64,000 nucleotides of DNA, from the sequence record OR258281.1, one strand, 5' to 3'. A model generated the notes under the pieces. The model did not search any database. It saw only the letters and a list, made by a program, of their open reading frames with translations, and had not been told where the DNA came from. This document shows, piece by piece, positions 17,831-26,442 of this stretch. Numbering within the stretch: position 1 is the first letter of the stretch; every line of letters begins with the position of its first letter. Both the position numbers and the translations under genes were made by a program.

Positions 17831-17854
17831 AAGCACCCTACGGGGTGCTTTTTT
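17831..17854 (+). terminator. Rho-independent terminator
   Basis: aagcaccc-tacg-gggtgctt followed by a T-run. Confidence 0.85.
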
Positions 17855-17876
17855 GTTGTAACTTTGAAATTAATTC

Positions 17877-17920
17877 TCTCCTAAATAAATAGTATAAAAG
17901 AATATTCTTTAATTAGGAGA
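17877..17920 (+). promoter_or_regulatory. Late promoter (CTAAATAAATA) inside an SD-sequestering hairpin
   Basis: TCTCCTAA (17877-17884) pairs with TTAGGAGA (17913-17920). Confidence 0.7.
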
Positions 17921-17926
17921 ATGACA

Positions 17927-18616
17927 ATGAGTAGTGTTCTAGATAAATTTGGTGTTCCAATTCCTGGTGGCGGTCGCTCATCAATGAAACAACCAAAGCC
18001 AAAAAATAAATTCCGTATTTTGCTATTCGGATTTGGTGCTGCAAATGATGGTACTTTCATTACCATTGATACCAATAACGTTGGTGCACCTAATCAGTCT
18101 TTCGCAAAAACTGAAGTACATAGTTATAACTCAGTTTCTAACTTCAAAGGTAAGTATACTTGGGAAGAAATTGAAGTTGCGTTCCGTGATACCGTTGGTT
18201 CACAGCCGCTAAAAGCTCTATATAACCAGATGCGTAGAGAATTTAACCCTTATTCTCAGGAATCTCGTAAATCTGCAAGTCAGTATAAATTTGAAATGTG
18301 GATTCAGGTTCTTGATGGTTCTAACAGTGATGAAACAACTAACCTTTATCAAGGTACTCTAAGTACTTGGGTATGTCAGGGTTGCTTTATCGTTAGTACT
18401 AACTTCGGTGAATGGGATTATTCTAGTTCTGAATCGCAGTTGGTAACTTTCTCAGTACAACCAGACTATTGTGTACTGCTTAATGAAAATGGTGATGCTA
18501 TGGGTGATGAAGTTTCCGGTAACGGTACTCCAGAAACTGCAAATGGTATGACTGTTAGTCAGCATCAAATCGATTCCAATACCCTCAAGGATCAAAACTT
18601 TTTCCGTGGTCAATAA
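17927..18616 (+). CDS. Tail tube protein (gp19-like), paralogue 1
   Basis: Directly after the sheath; KNKFRI, KGKYTWEEIEVAFRDT and GEWDYSSS...VTFSVQPDY; second ATG fits SD spacing. Confidence 0.8.
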   Translation: MSSVLDKFGVPIPGGGRSSMKQPKPKNKFRILLFGFGAANDGTFITIDTNNVGAPNQSFAKTEVHSYNSVSNFKGKYTWEEIEVAFRDTVGSQPLKALYNQMRREFNPYSQESRKSASQYKFEMWIQVLDGSNSDETTNLYQGTLSTWVCQGCFIVSTNFGEWDYSSSESQLVTFSVQPDYCVLLNENGDAMGDEVSGNGTPETANGMTVSQHQIDSNTLKDQNFFRGQ

Positions 18617-18639
18617 TGCAATGTTATTGGCATCAATTG

Positions 18640-18671
18640 AAGCCCTGCACAATGCGGGGCTTTTCTTTTTT
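18640..18671 (+). terminator. Rho-independent terminator
   Basis: aagccctgca-caa-tgcggggctt followed by a T-rich tail. Confidence 0.75.
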
Positions 18672-18672
18672 G

Positions 18673-18679
18673 CTAAATA
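18673..18679 (+). promoter_or_regulatory. Late promoter motif CTAAATA
   Basis: Between the terminator and the second tube gene. Confidence 0.6.
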
Positions 18680-18714
18680 ATAATATATGTAGTTAAGATA
18701 AAAGGAATTATTAT

Positions 18715-19488
18715 ATGGCAAACATTATGGATAAATTCGGTGTTCCACTACCAAGCGGAAGAAACCGAACTATGAGCCAGCCTAAGATTAAGCATAAGTT
18801 CCGTGTAGTAGTATATAATTTTGGTACTGATATGTACGAGAAGGATAATATTGCACTTAACGTTGATGAAATTGATCGTCCAAGCGTTGAGTTTGAAGTA
18901 CATCAGTTACAGTACTTTAATAGCAATACTAAGTACTTTGGTAAACATAACTGGAAACCAATTACTTTAACTATTCGTGACTCCGTAGATAACTTAGCAG
19001 CAAAAGCAGTTTATAGACAGCTACAAAAACAATTAGATTTCCAACGTAGAATATCATTACGTTCAGATCAAAACACCGCATCATATAAGTTCCGTCTTAT
19101 GCTGGAAACTACAGGTGGAGCTAACCCACTTGATACAGTTACTAACTTGATACGTGATACTGCGGTAGATTCTGCTACTGCTATTACCAACAATGAAGGC
19201 TTAGTAAATGATGTTGACCAATTTATAGGTGGTAAAGGATATAATGCTATTGATACTTTGGATCGTTGGGTATGTTATGGCTGTATGATAAGTGATATTG
19301 AATGGGATTCAGTTAACTATGGCTCATCAGAGTACATTACCATGAAACTTACTATTGAATATGACAATGCAGTACAGTATGACATGATTGAAGAAATGTA
19401 TTCGGACAAAATTAGCTCACTACTACCTGATAAAATCGACAGTGCTCTTGATATTGTTGATAAAATATTTGGAAATGTAGGTATATAA
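18715..19488 (+). CDS. Tail tube protein (gp19-like), paralogue 2
   Basis: Shares DKFGVPxPxGxxRxMxQPKxKxKFR with the previous gene; GKHNWKPITLTIRD and MKLTIEYD. Confidence 0.75.
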   Translation: MANIMDKFGVPLPSGRNRTMSQPKIKHKFRVVVYNFGTDMYEKDNIALNVDEIDRPSVEFEVHQLQYFNSNTKYFGKHNWKPITLTIRDSVDNLAAKAVYRQLQKQLDFQRRISLRSDQNTASYKFRLMLETTGGANPLDTVTNLIRDTAVDSATAITNNEGLVNDVDQFIGGKGYNAIDTLDRWVCYGCMISDIEWDSVNYGSSEYITMKLTIEYDNAVQYDMIEEMYSDKISSLLPDKIDSALDIVDKIFGNVGI

Positions 19489-19497
19489 GGATATGAC

Positions 19498-20589
19498 ATG
19501 AGTGATTTTATTGAGAATTTTGTCAGTTCTGCTGGTAATACTATTAAATCTGTTGCAAGTTCTGCAACTATTATCAAAGACCCTGACAACCAACAGTTTA
19601 ACGCAGCACAGATGACATTTGGTACTGCGGGTGAGGCCGGATTTATATCTTATAACCTCCCTAAAATGAAGTTCAGTTTTGTTGTGGAATTTATTTTGTC
19701 CGAACAAGCAAAGTATTTCATCCAAAACCAGCTTTCAGATACACATACAGCGTTTTCGGTACTTAATTGTTCTTTTTTTGTAAAAGACGCTAAGTTACCA
19801 AGTGTATCTTTTAATTTAGACGAAATAAACCAGTACAACAAGACCCGTTACCAGACTGGTCGTATCAAATATAAACCAAGTACCATTACATTCTATGATA
19901 CGGTAGACAGTAGTGCGGTACTATTAATGGATGCTTATAAAAAGTTCTATTATGGTGACTTCTTTGATAAGGATGGTACTTCATTCTTTAATGACTCATA
20001 CTCTTCACCTACATTATTTGAAAGTGCTTCCAGTAATTGGGGTCGTTCTGTAATTAATAATGGTGAACAAGATAATCAGTACTTCTTTAAAGCTATTAAC
20101 ATATATGAAATTGATACTGAAAAGTACACTGTGCATAATATGTATAATGTTTTTGTTGAAGATATTGAAACTGAGATGAAAAGTCACGAAAGTACAGGTG
20201 AACCGTCATTACTAAGTATTAACTGTCGTTATGAAGGTATGGGTAACAACAGTTCTATCGGTACTAGTATTGGTGCAAGTACTGTAGAAATCGGTAATCT
20301 ACTAACAAATACTTCATTATTTGGTAAGCAAGGATTTTTCAAGTACTATGGTGAAATGGATGATAAGAATGTTGGTAAATTAACAGTAGGCAAGGTAATT
20401 CGTGCTGGAACCAGTGCTTATGATATTGTTACTTCAGTTAAAGACATTCTTAACGGTGATCTAAATGCAGATACCATACGTAATATTGGTAGTGCTGTTA
20501 CTAAAGGGGCTAATTCAGTAGGATTAGGTTCAGTAGTAAGCCAAGCAAGTTCTAAATTAGGACTTGGTAATATATTGGGGGATTTTTAA
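19498..20589 (+). CDS. Tail-tube-fold baseplate or tube-initiator protein (gp48/gp54-like)
   Basis: VKDAKLPSVSF...NQYNKTR...IKYKPSTITFYD pattern; position after the tube genes. Confidence 0.55.
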   Translation: MSDFIENFVSSAGNTIKSVASSATIIKDPDNQQFNAAQMTFGTAGEAGFISYNLPKMKFSFVVEFILSEQAKYFIQNQLSDTHTAFSVLNCSFFVKDAKLPSVSFNLDEINQYNKTRYQTGRIKYKPSTITFYDTVDSSAVLLMDAYKKFYYGDFFDKDGTSFFNDSYSSPTLFESASSNWGRSVINNGEQDNQYFFKAINIYEIDTEKYTVHNMYNVFVEDIETEMKSHESTGEPSLLSINCRYEGMGNNSSIGTSIGASTVEIGNLLTNTSLFGKQGFFKYYGEMDDKNVGKLTVGKVIRAGTSAYDIVTSVKDILNGDLNADTIRNIGSAVTKGANSVGLGSVVSQASSKLGLGNILGDF

Positions 20590-21041
20590 TGCAATCATTT
20601 AATCCTGCGAAGATTGGCAACAGCCGCCAGGCACAAGGTGTATACAATATTATTAATCCAGCTAAGTATATTGGTACAAATGCTCCAATTTATCGTAGTT
20701 CATGGGAAAAAGATTTCATGATTACCTGTGATATGAATCCTGCGATATTTGAATGGGCTGTTGAACCATTCCCGATTCCATACGTATGCCCTTTTGATCG
20801 AAAAGTTAAGAATTACTGGCCTGATTTCATCATTAAATATATGCAAGCAGATGGAACTATTATAACTCAAGTAGTTGAAATAAAGCCGTACAAACAAACC
20901 AATATGGAAAGTGCTCGTGGTAAAAAAGATAAGATGATGGTACAAGTCAACTTATATAAATGGGCTTATGCACAGAAGTACTGCGAAGATAACGGAATTG
21001 AGTTTAAAATACTTACAGAAAAGGACTTATATAAGAAATGA
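20589..21041 (+). CDS. Head completion protein (T4 gp4-like, TnsA-type nuclease fold)
   Basis: YRSSWE, WAVEPFPIPY, YWPDF, VEIKP, NLYKW and FKILTE. Confidence 0.85.
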   Translation: MQSFNPAKIGNSRQAQGVYNIINPAKYIGTNAPIYRSSWEKDFMITCDMNPAIFEWAVEPFPIPYVCPFDRKVKNYWPDFIIKYMQADGTIITQVVEIKPYKQTNMESARGKKDKMMVQVNLYKWAYAQKYCEDNGIEFKILTEKDLYKK

Positions 21042-21583
21042 AAGAGAAGAAAGGTATAGCTGAAGCATTAAATCTTCCTACTCCAGAACAGTTGAGTGCC
21101 TTAACTGGTACTCAACTACCTGATCTTTACGATGAGGAAGACGAAGAAGATAATAGTACTGAAATCAGTATGGAAGATGCTAAAAGAGCAATGGAAGAAC
21201 TAAAGAAAATGCGTGTTCAATTGAAGGATATACCTGACATTACATCACGTAAATCTATGTTAGACCGTTTAGCTAATTTAGCGGAAGAAAAATTTAATGA
21301 TATATTTGATCGTGCATTTAATTGTGAAGACCGATATGCGTCAGAAATGATTAATGCAGCAACAAGTATGTTAAAGATTGCTTTAGATGCACATGCTAAA
21401 GTAATTGATTCAGATGTTAAGTTAATTGATCTACAAATCAAAAAAGATAAGATTGAAATAGAACTCAATCAGTCTAAAGGTACTTTGCTAGGACAGAATA
21501 GTACTGAATCATCTATTGAAGGTGAGAAGGTACAACTCATGAGTCGCAATGAAAGACTTGCACAAAGAAATACCAATAAATAA
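21038..21583 (+). CDS. Hypothetical helical protein, possibly small terminase (gp16-like)
   Basis: Helical core ending KLIDLQIKK, reminiscent of T4-like small terminases; not decisive. Confidence 0.35.
   Translation: MKEKKGIAEALNLPTPEQLSALTGTQLPDLYDEEDEEDNSTEISMEDAKRAMEELKKMRVQLKDIPDITSRKSMLDRLANLAEEKFNDIFDRAFNCEDRYASEMINAATSMLKIALDAHAKVIDSDVKLIDLQIKKDKIEIELNQSKGTLLGQNSTESSIEGEKVQLMSRNERLAQRNTNK
21576..21582 (+). promoter_or_regulatory. Late promoter motif ATAAATA
   Basis: Overlaps the upstream stop, about 30 nt before the next start. Confidence 0.5.
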
Positions 21584-21609
21584 ATTAAAATACTGATTGG
21601 AGTTTTATA

Positions 21610-22158
21610 ATGAACAGATTGCAAGAAATTTTAACTGCACTTAAACCAGTGTTTTCATATCGTATCAAGTTCGCAAATGAACCTACAAAGGAAGAACTAC
21701 ATGCAGTAGTTACTCGCCTAACTGATCGTTATGATGCATTTGAAGTAGGTGCCATGAAGAAGACTATTTTCCAAACTTCCCCTGTAGATTTTTATAATCT
21801 TGATTGTGGTGAAATTTGGATGTTTGATTTTAAATGTAATCGTGGTATTCAGCCAGACGTATTGCTATTTGAAATCGGAGCACTACTAAAGTGGTCAGAA
21901 TCACTAATTCATGTTCGCAGTAATGATGAACCTTATCAAGAAGAACTTGCAGATTTAGAAGATGATATTGATTTTGATGAAGTACATTCACCTCTTCTAC
22001 TAGATCCAGAATACAGTGAAGTACCTGAAGTAGATGCAGAAGAAATCGCGGGTCAAGGTCGTGCTGATACAGCCACCAAGGAAGCTATTGACTCTTACAA
22101 TAAAGACAAAAAGCCGTACTTTGAATTTTTATCGGCTGGTTTTGGTAAAAAGGAGTAA
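21610..22158 (+). CDS. Hypothetical virion-associated protein
   Basis: 182-aa ORF in the late cluster; acidic C-terminus. Confidence 0.6.
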   Translation: MNRLQEILTALKPVFSYRIKFANEPTKEELHAVVTRLTDRYDAFEVGAMKKTIFQTSPVDFYNLDCGEIWMFDFKCNRGIQPDVLLFEIGALLKWSESLIHVRSNDEPYQEELADLEDDIDFDEVHSPLLLDPEYSEVPEVDAEEIAGQGRADTATKEAIDSYNKDKKPYFEFLSAGFGKKE

Positions 22159-22161
22159 TGT

Positions 22162-22731
22162 ATGTCCCTATTGGAAGAAGTATTCAACGAAGATTCCGCT
22201 AATAAGCAATTGAATGAACTTACACAACCTTATAGTCGTACACAATCTGCAATTAACCGTTCTAAAAGTGCTGTTAAAGGTTTAGTTGGTGGTGGACAGT
22301 ATGAACAAGGTGCAGAACAAGCAGGACAGCTTGCAAACCGTTTGTTCCTGAACTTTAAACGTTATATTGGTACTAAGTATGGTAAAAAACCATCTTACGT
22401 TACTTTTAAAGATGTAGCTAGTTTTATGCAACAGAATGGTATGGATTCTAAATTACTAGGTAATAACAGTAATATGACATATACTCCAAAAGATGTAGCT
22501 AATGTATTTTTACAAGCTGCACAGGAAATGTCTTCACGTATGGGTGATTCAGAACCACAGCAGCAGCCACAAGCTGGTAATGCACCACAACAGCAACAAC
22601 CACCGGCTGGTAATGCACCTAGTACTGTACAACCACAGAATAATAGTACTGGAACAGGTTCTGGTACATTAAGTTCACTCTCAGACCAAGAAAGAGCACA
22701 GCTATTATCTATTCTATCTAAAATGCAGTAA
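22162..22731 (+). CDS. Hypothetical head-associated protein with a Q/P-rich linker
   Basis: 189 aa; N-terminal LLEE...LNE motifs. Confidence 0.6.
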   Translation: MSLLEEVFNEDSANKQLNELTQPYSRTQSAINRSKSAVKGLVGGGQYEQGAEQAGQLANRLFLNFKRYIGTKYGKKPSYVTFKDVASFMQQNGMDSKLLGNNSNMTYTPKDVANVFLQAAQEMSSRMGDSEPQQQPQAGNAPQQQQPPAGNAPSTVQPQNNSTGTGSGTLSSLSDQERAQLLSILSKMQ

Positions 22732-22742
22732 GGAGTGTACAT

Positions 22743-24599
22743 ATGTCAATTTTAAATTCGGTATTTGATGATGAACACCGTAATAAAAAACCAGTAGGTA
22801 CTAAAATTACTCATAGTAATGGAAAAGTATATGTTAAAGAAAGTACTGGATGGTATAATGCTGCTAGTGGGGTAAAATTAGACTATAAAAGTAGTCTAAT
22901 TTTAGAAAGTGGTATGAATTATGAATCAAATGCTAATGGTGATTTCATTAATGGTCAGAAGTTAACACCACAACAAGCATATCCATTCAAGGGATTACAT
23001 TACCGTAATGGTAAATGGGTAAATGCTGACGGTAATGGTGTAATTGACCAAAATAAGCAGGATGAACTTAATAAAATCTTTAAGAAAACCCAAAAAGAGA
23101 TTGAAGATAATAAAAAACCTGCTGAATCTATCAAAGGTAAAGGTTTTGAATCTAACAAAGATGGTTACTATGTTGATGGTCAAAAGCTAAGCCCTGAACA
23201 AGCTAAATATTTTAAAGATTTAACATATAATAATGGTGTATGGTCGAATAAAGACAGATCTCAAGGTGTTATTGATGCTAGTACCCAATTGTTTCTTAAT
23301 AATAAACTAGATTCAGTTAAAAAAGAACTTAGTTCAAAAAAAGATACTGAAACTAAGCCTAAAGTTAAAAGTACTCCAGTACAGCAACCAGTACAACCGA
23401 GTACATCTGCTGTTAAAAGTACTCCAGTACAGCAACCAGTACAACCGAGTACATCTGCTGTTAAAAGCACTCCAGTACAGCAACCAGCACCAGTACAACC
23501 GGGTACATCTGCTGTTAAAAGTACTCCAGTACAGCAACCAGTACAAAATAGTGAACCAGCAGAACCTGAACAAAAACAACCTGAAGTTAATGATGAACAA
23601 ACTGAAACTAATCCTTAAGTTAAAAGTACTCCATTACATCAACCAGTACAACATAGTACATCTTCTGTTAAAAGTACTCCAGTACAGCAACCAGTACAAC
23701 CGAGTACATCTGCTGTTAAAAGCACTCCAGTACAGCAACCAGCACCAGTACAACCGGGTACATCTGCTGTTAAAAGTACTCCAGTACAGCAACCAGTACA
23801 AAATAGTGAACCAGCAGAACCTGAACAAAAACAACCTGAAGTTAATGATGAACCAGCAAAAGTATCTTCAACTGTTCCTAATGGTTATGTTTATAGTTCA
23901 GGAAAAGGAAACAAGTACATTATGAAGAATGGTACTTGGTATAGCATTAGTACTAAAAAACCAGTTCTATCATCTAACGTTAATATGTTGAATAGAGCAG
24001 CAGAAAAAAGTATTGAGAACTTCAATGCAACTTCTGACGTTAAAATTGGTGATAAAGTTACTTCAAACGCTGGTACTGAATATACATTCAATGGCACCGG
24101 ATTTACTAATCCTAATGGAAAGTTACTAACTGGTGGTGCTGCACAATCAGCAATGAATAAACTCAAGCAACAGGCTGCTGCTAAAGAACCAGAAGCAAAA
24201 TCTGAGGAACCTGAAGTTGTTCCGGGTGAAAGTGCAGTAGATACTAGTACTGAACCATCTAGTACCACTCAACCTGAAGAACAGAATACTGATACTGCGG
24301 GTCCAAGTGCACAGAGTATTGTTAATCAAGGTGGTAATACATCACAAGGGGAGCCTAGTACTGAACCATCTAATACTTCTCCAGTAAATGAACCTAATCC
24401 TTCTTCTCCAAGTGAAGGTACTGGTCCACTAAAAAACCTTGCTAAACAAATTAAAGGTAATAAGTACGCTAAACAAATAGTACAACTACTCAGTCGTGGT
24501 GGTAATGTTAATCTTATAGCTGCTGATGTATTGTTAAAAGGTAATATTTCTGAAGTTATTGGTGAATTAAACGCACTAAATAATTCAAATACACAATAA
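22743..24599 (+). pseudogene. Single repetitive structural ORF interrupted by one in-frame TAA (23616-23618) inside a tandem duplication
   Basis: Track ORFs 22743..23618 and 23922..24599 are in the same frame, and no other stop lies between them. The TAA corresponds to AAA in the first duplicate copy. May be an assembly artefact rather than a true pseudogene. Confidence 0.7.
23346..23853 (+). repeat. 255-bp-period tandem duplication containing 48-bp VKSTPVQQPVQPSTSA repeats
   Basis: 23346-23598 matches 23601-23853; mismatches cluster in the first ~70 nt of copy 2. Confidence 0.9.
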
Positions 24600-24610
24600 G
24601 GATATTGATA

Positions 24611-25531
24611 ATGACAAGAAAACTTAAAGAAGCTGCTGTAAAGATTGATATTAGTGGTTTAGAAACTAATGATCTTACAGAACTTGCTCGTATGATGGAA
24701 CTAGCTGGTCAAATTGATGTTAGTTCTCAAAACGTACAACCTGATTTAAGTCAGGGAATTAGTGCATTAGATATTAATGCACCTAGTACCGACTTAGGAA
24801 TGGATACTGGTATTGAAAGTTCTTTTGAAGAACCAGTAAGTACTGAACCTGATCTAAGTCAGGGCGTTTCAATGGTTGGTGATTCGGAGCCTGCTTCTGA
24901 TATATCTCCAGACGAAACAGTTGACATTAGCATGAGTCCTGACTTACAATCCGAGTCTGATTCGTTAGGTGATGTTGTTGGACAAGACGATATATCTAAT
25001 GAAACAGACAGTATGTTCGAAGATGCATTTGATATGGCCCGTATGAGCAGTCTAGCTGGCCTTACTGAAGACATTTCTGATGATGATGACAATATGGATA
25101 ATGAATCCTCTGATGAAGATTCAGATGCAGAAGATTTAGATGAAGCTCGCTTGCTTCCTGATCTCTCGCTGAATGAAGGTCCAGAAGAATTCGGTCCATT
25201 CCGTACTGAACAGGAATGTGAAATGAATGGTCAGATGGAAACTAATGGTGTTAGTGGTAATAACTTTATTGTTATGTCTAAACCAGACGGTTACTACTGG
25301 AAACGTACTGTACAGGAAGATGTTGTGAATCGTCCTGAACCACATGAAGTGAATACCGATGGTATTGAAAACTCCCGTCATGAATTCCGCCATAAACGTA
25401 CCAAACTAGGTGATAACACTATTCTTTCTGATATTCATGAAAGTACTGAAGATGATGAAGACGAAGAATCAGTAGAACAAATCCATGAATCTCTAAATGA
25501 ACGCTACAAGCAGTTCCTTGGGGGTATGTAA
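24611..25531 (+). CDS. Highly acidic protein, candidate prohead core or scaffold component
   Basis: D/E-rich, many L/I-x-E sites, late-cluster position. Confidence 0.55.
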   Translation: MTRKLKEAAVKIDISGLETNDLTELARMMELAGQIDVSSQNVQPDLSQGISALDINAPSTDLGMDTGIESSFEEPVSTEPDLSQGVSMVGDSEPASDISPDETVDISMSPDLQSESDSLGDVVGQDDISNETDSMFEDAFDMARMSSLAGLTEDISDDDDNMDNESSDEDSDAEDLDEARLLPDLSLNEGPEEFGPFRTEQECEMNGQMETNGVSGNNFIVMSKPDGYYWKRTVQEDVVNRPEPHEVNTDGIENSRHEFRHKRTKLGDNTILSDIHESTEDDEDEESVEQIHESLNERYKQFLGGM

Positions 25532-25920
25532 TGGATGACGTTAAATCTTTACGTTCTATGTATGAGTCTTTAGAAGAACTAGGTGCTTTTGATAATGAAT
25601 CTGAAGGTACTGAACATGAAGCTATGAGTGATGAACAAGTAGCTTCTGATCCAATGACTTCATTAAGTACTATTATGTCCGGTATTAAATCGATTGTATC
25701 TGCTATCCAAAGTGGCGAACATATTGATGATATTACCAGTGGATTACATAATATTGCTCAATCAGTAAAAGAACTAAGTGATTCAGTTGGTACTCTTGAA
25801 GAGAACTATGGTGCTGATGGAATGGAACCTAAACTAGTCAAAGATGGTGATGCCGTACTACAGGTATATGCCAATCCTTGCGGTGATTCATTTCCTGAAA
25901 GGAAAGGTTTTGTGGGGTGA
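25531..25920 (+). CDS. Acidic hypothetical protein
   Basis: Coupled start (TAATG); 129 aa. Confidence 0.6.
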   Translation: MDDVKSLRSMYESLEELGAFDNESEGTEHEAMSDEQVASDPMTSLSTIMSGIKSIVSAIQSGEHIDDITSGLHNIAQSVKELSDSVGTLEENYGADGMEPKLVKDGDAVLQVYANPCGDSFPERKGFVG

Positions 25921-25923
25921 TGT

Positions 25924-26295
25924 ATGATCCCACATACCGACCGTACTGAAATACAAACTAATGTACTTAACCTTATTAAATCCATACACGAAAATGACGG
26001 TATTAGTGATCGAATCATATTAATGAATATATTCGAGAATTATCGTACTGGTGGTGGTTTAAGATTAAGTTCGGCTGGTTATGATATTTGTATTAAAAAT
26101 AGTCTGTACATATTCTATGAAGTACACCTTCCTAGAGTAAAGCAAACATCGATGATATTTACATCGCTGGACAGAATATGCAAAACCCCGTATTACGCAT
26201 TAGGCAACAAAATTTTCTTATCTGACAGGATGGTGTTTACACATTACACGCTCTGCGGCGATGATTTCGAAAAAACTTTTGAATCATTTTCGTGA
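25924..26295 (+). CDS. Hypothetical protein
   Basis: 123-aa ORF ending at the next promoter. Confidence 0.6.
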   Translation: MIPHTDRTEIQTNVLNLIKSIHENDGISDRIILMNIFENYRTGGGLRLSSAGYDICIKNSLYIFYEVHLPRVKQTSMIFTSLDRICKTPYYALGNKIFLSDRMVFTHYTLCGDDFEKTFESFS

Positions 26296-26321
26296 AACGA
26301 TTTTTAAATGTGTCCTATACT
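26292..26321 (+). promoter_or_regulatory. Recurrent phage promoter (TGAAAC-N17-TATACT)
   Basis: TGAAAC at 26293-26298; TGTCC-TATACT ending at 26321. Confidence 0.75.
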
Positions 26322-26350
26322 ATGAGTGTTGATGAGATGAAGCGAAAACA

Positions 26351-26379
26351 AAGGCACTCAACGCAGTGCCTTCTCTTTT
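26351..26379 (+). terminator. Terminator-like hairpin inside the leader of the AAA gene
   Basis: AAGGCACT-caacgc-AGTGCCTT-ctctttt, about 25 nt downstream of the predicted start site. Confidence 0.45.
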
Positions 26380-26442
26380 GAAGCAACAAAACTACTTAAT
26401 CTACTAAGAAACAATAACTGTTTACCACAAAGGAATTATATA

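Noticed and set aside
20589-21041. Transposase or mobile element (TnsA-like motifs)
   Set aside because: The motifs and context match the gp4-like head-completion nuclease; no terminal repeats or partner genes.
18661-21609. Anti-SD hairpins at the late motifs before 18715 and 21610
   Set aside because: Only about 5 bp or wobble-dependent AT-rich pairing, too weak to separate from chance; not counted.
23346-23853. Possible CRISPR array
   Set aside because: The repeats are contiguous in-frame coding units with no unique spacers.
23261-24268. Alternative-frame and antisense ORFs across the 48-bp repeat (23261, 23334, 23551, 23634, 23891)
   Set aside because: By-products of the in-frame repeat; the main frame explains the region.
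22743-24599. Genome-wide stop-codon reassignment as the cause of the internal stop
   Set aside because: The stop is TAA, the most common true terminator here, and other genes read intact under code 11.
2660-26442. tRNA genes in intergenic gaps (2660-2782, 6699-6818, 11198-11276, 26296-26442)
   Set aside because: No cloverleaf or TTCGA T-loop pattern seen by eye; tRNAscan-SE or ARAGORN would confirm.
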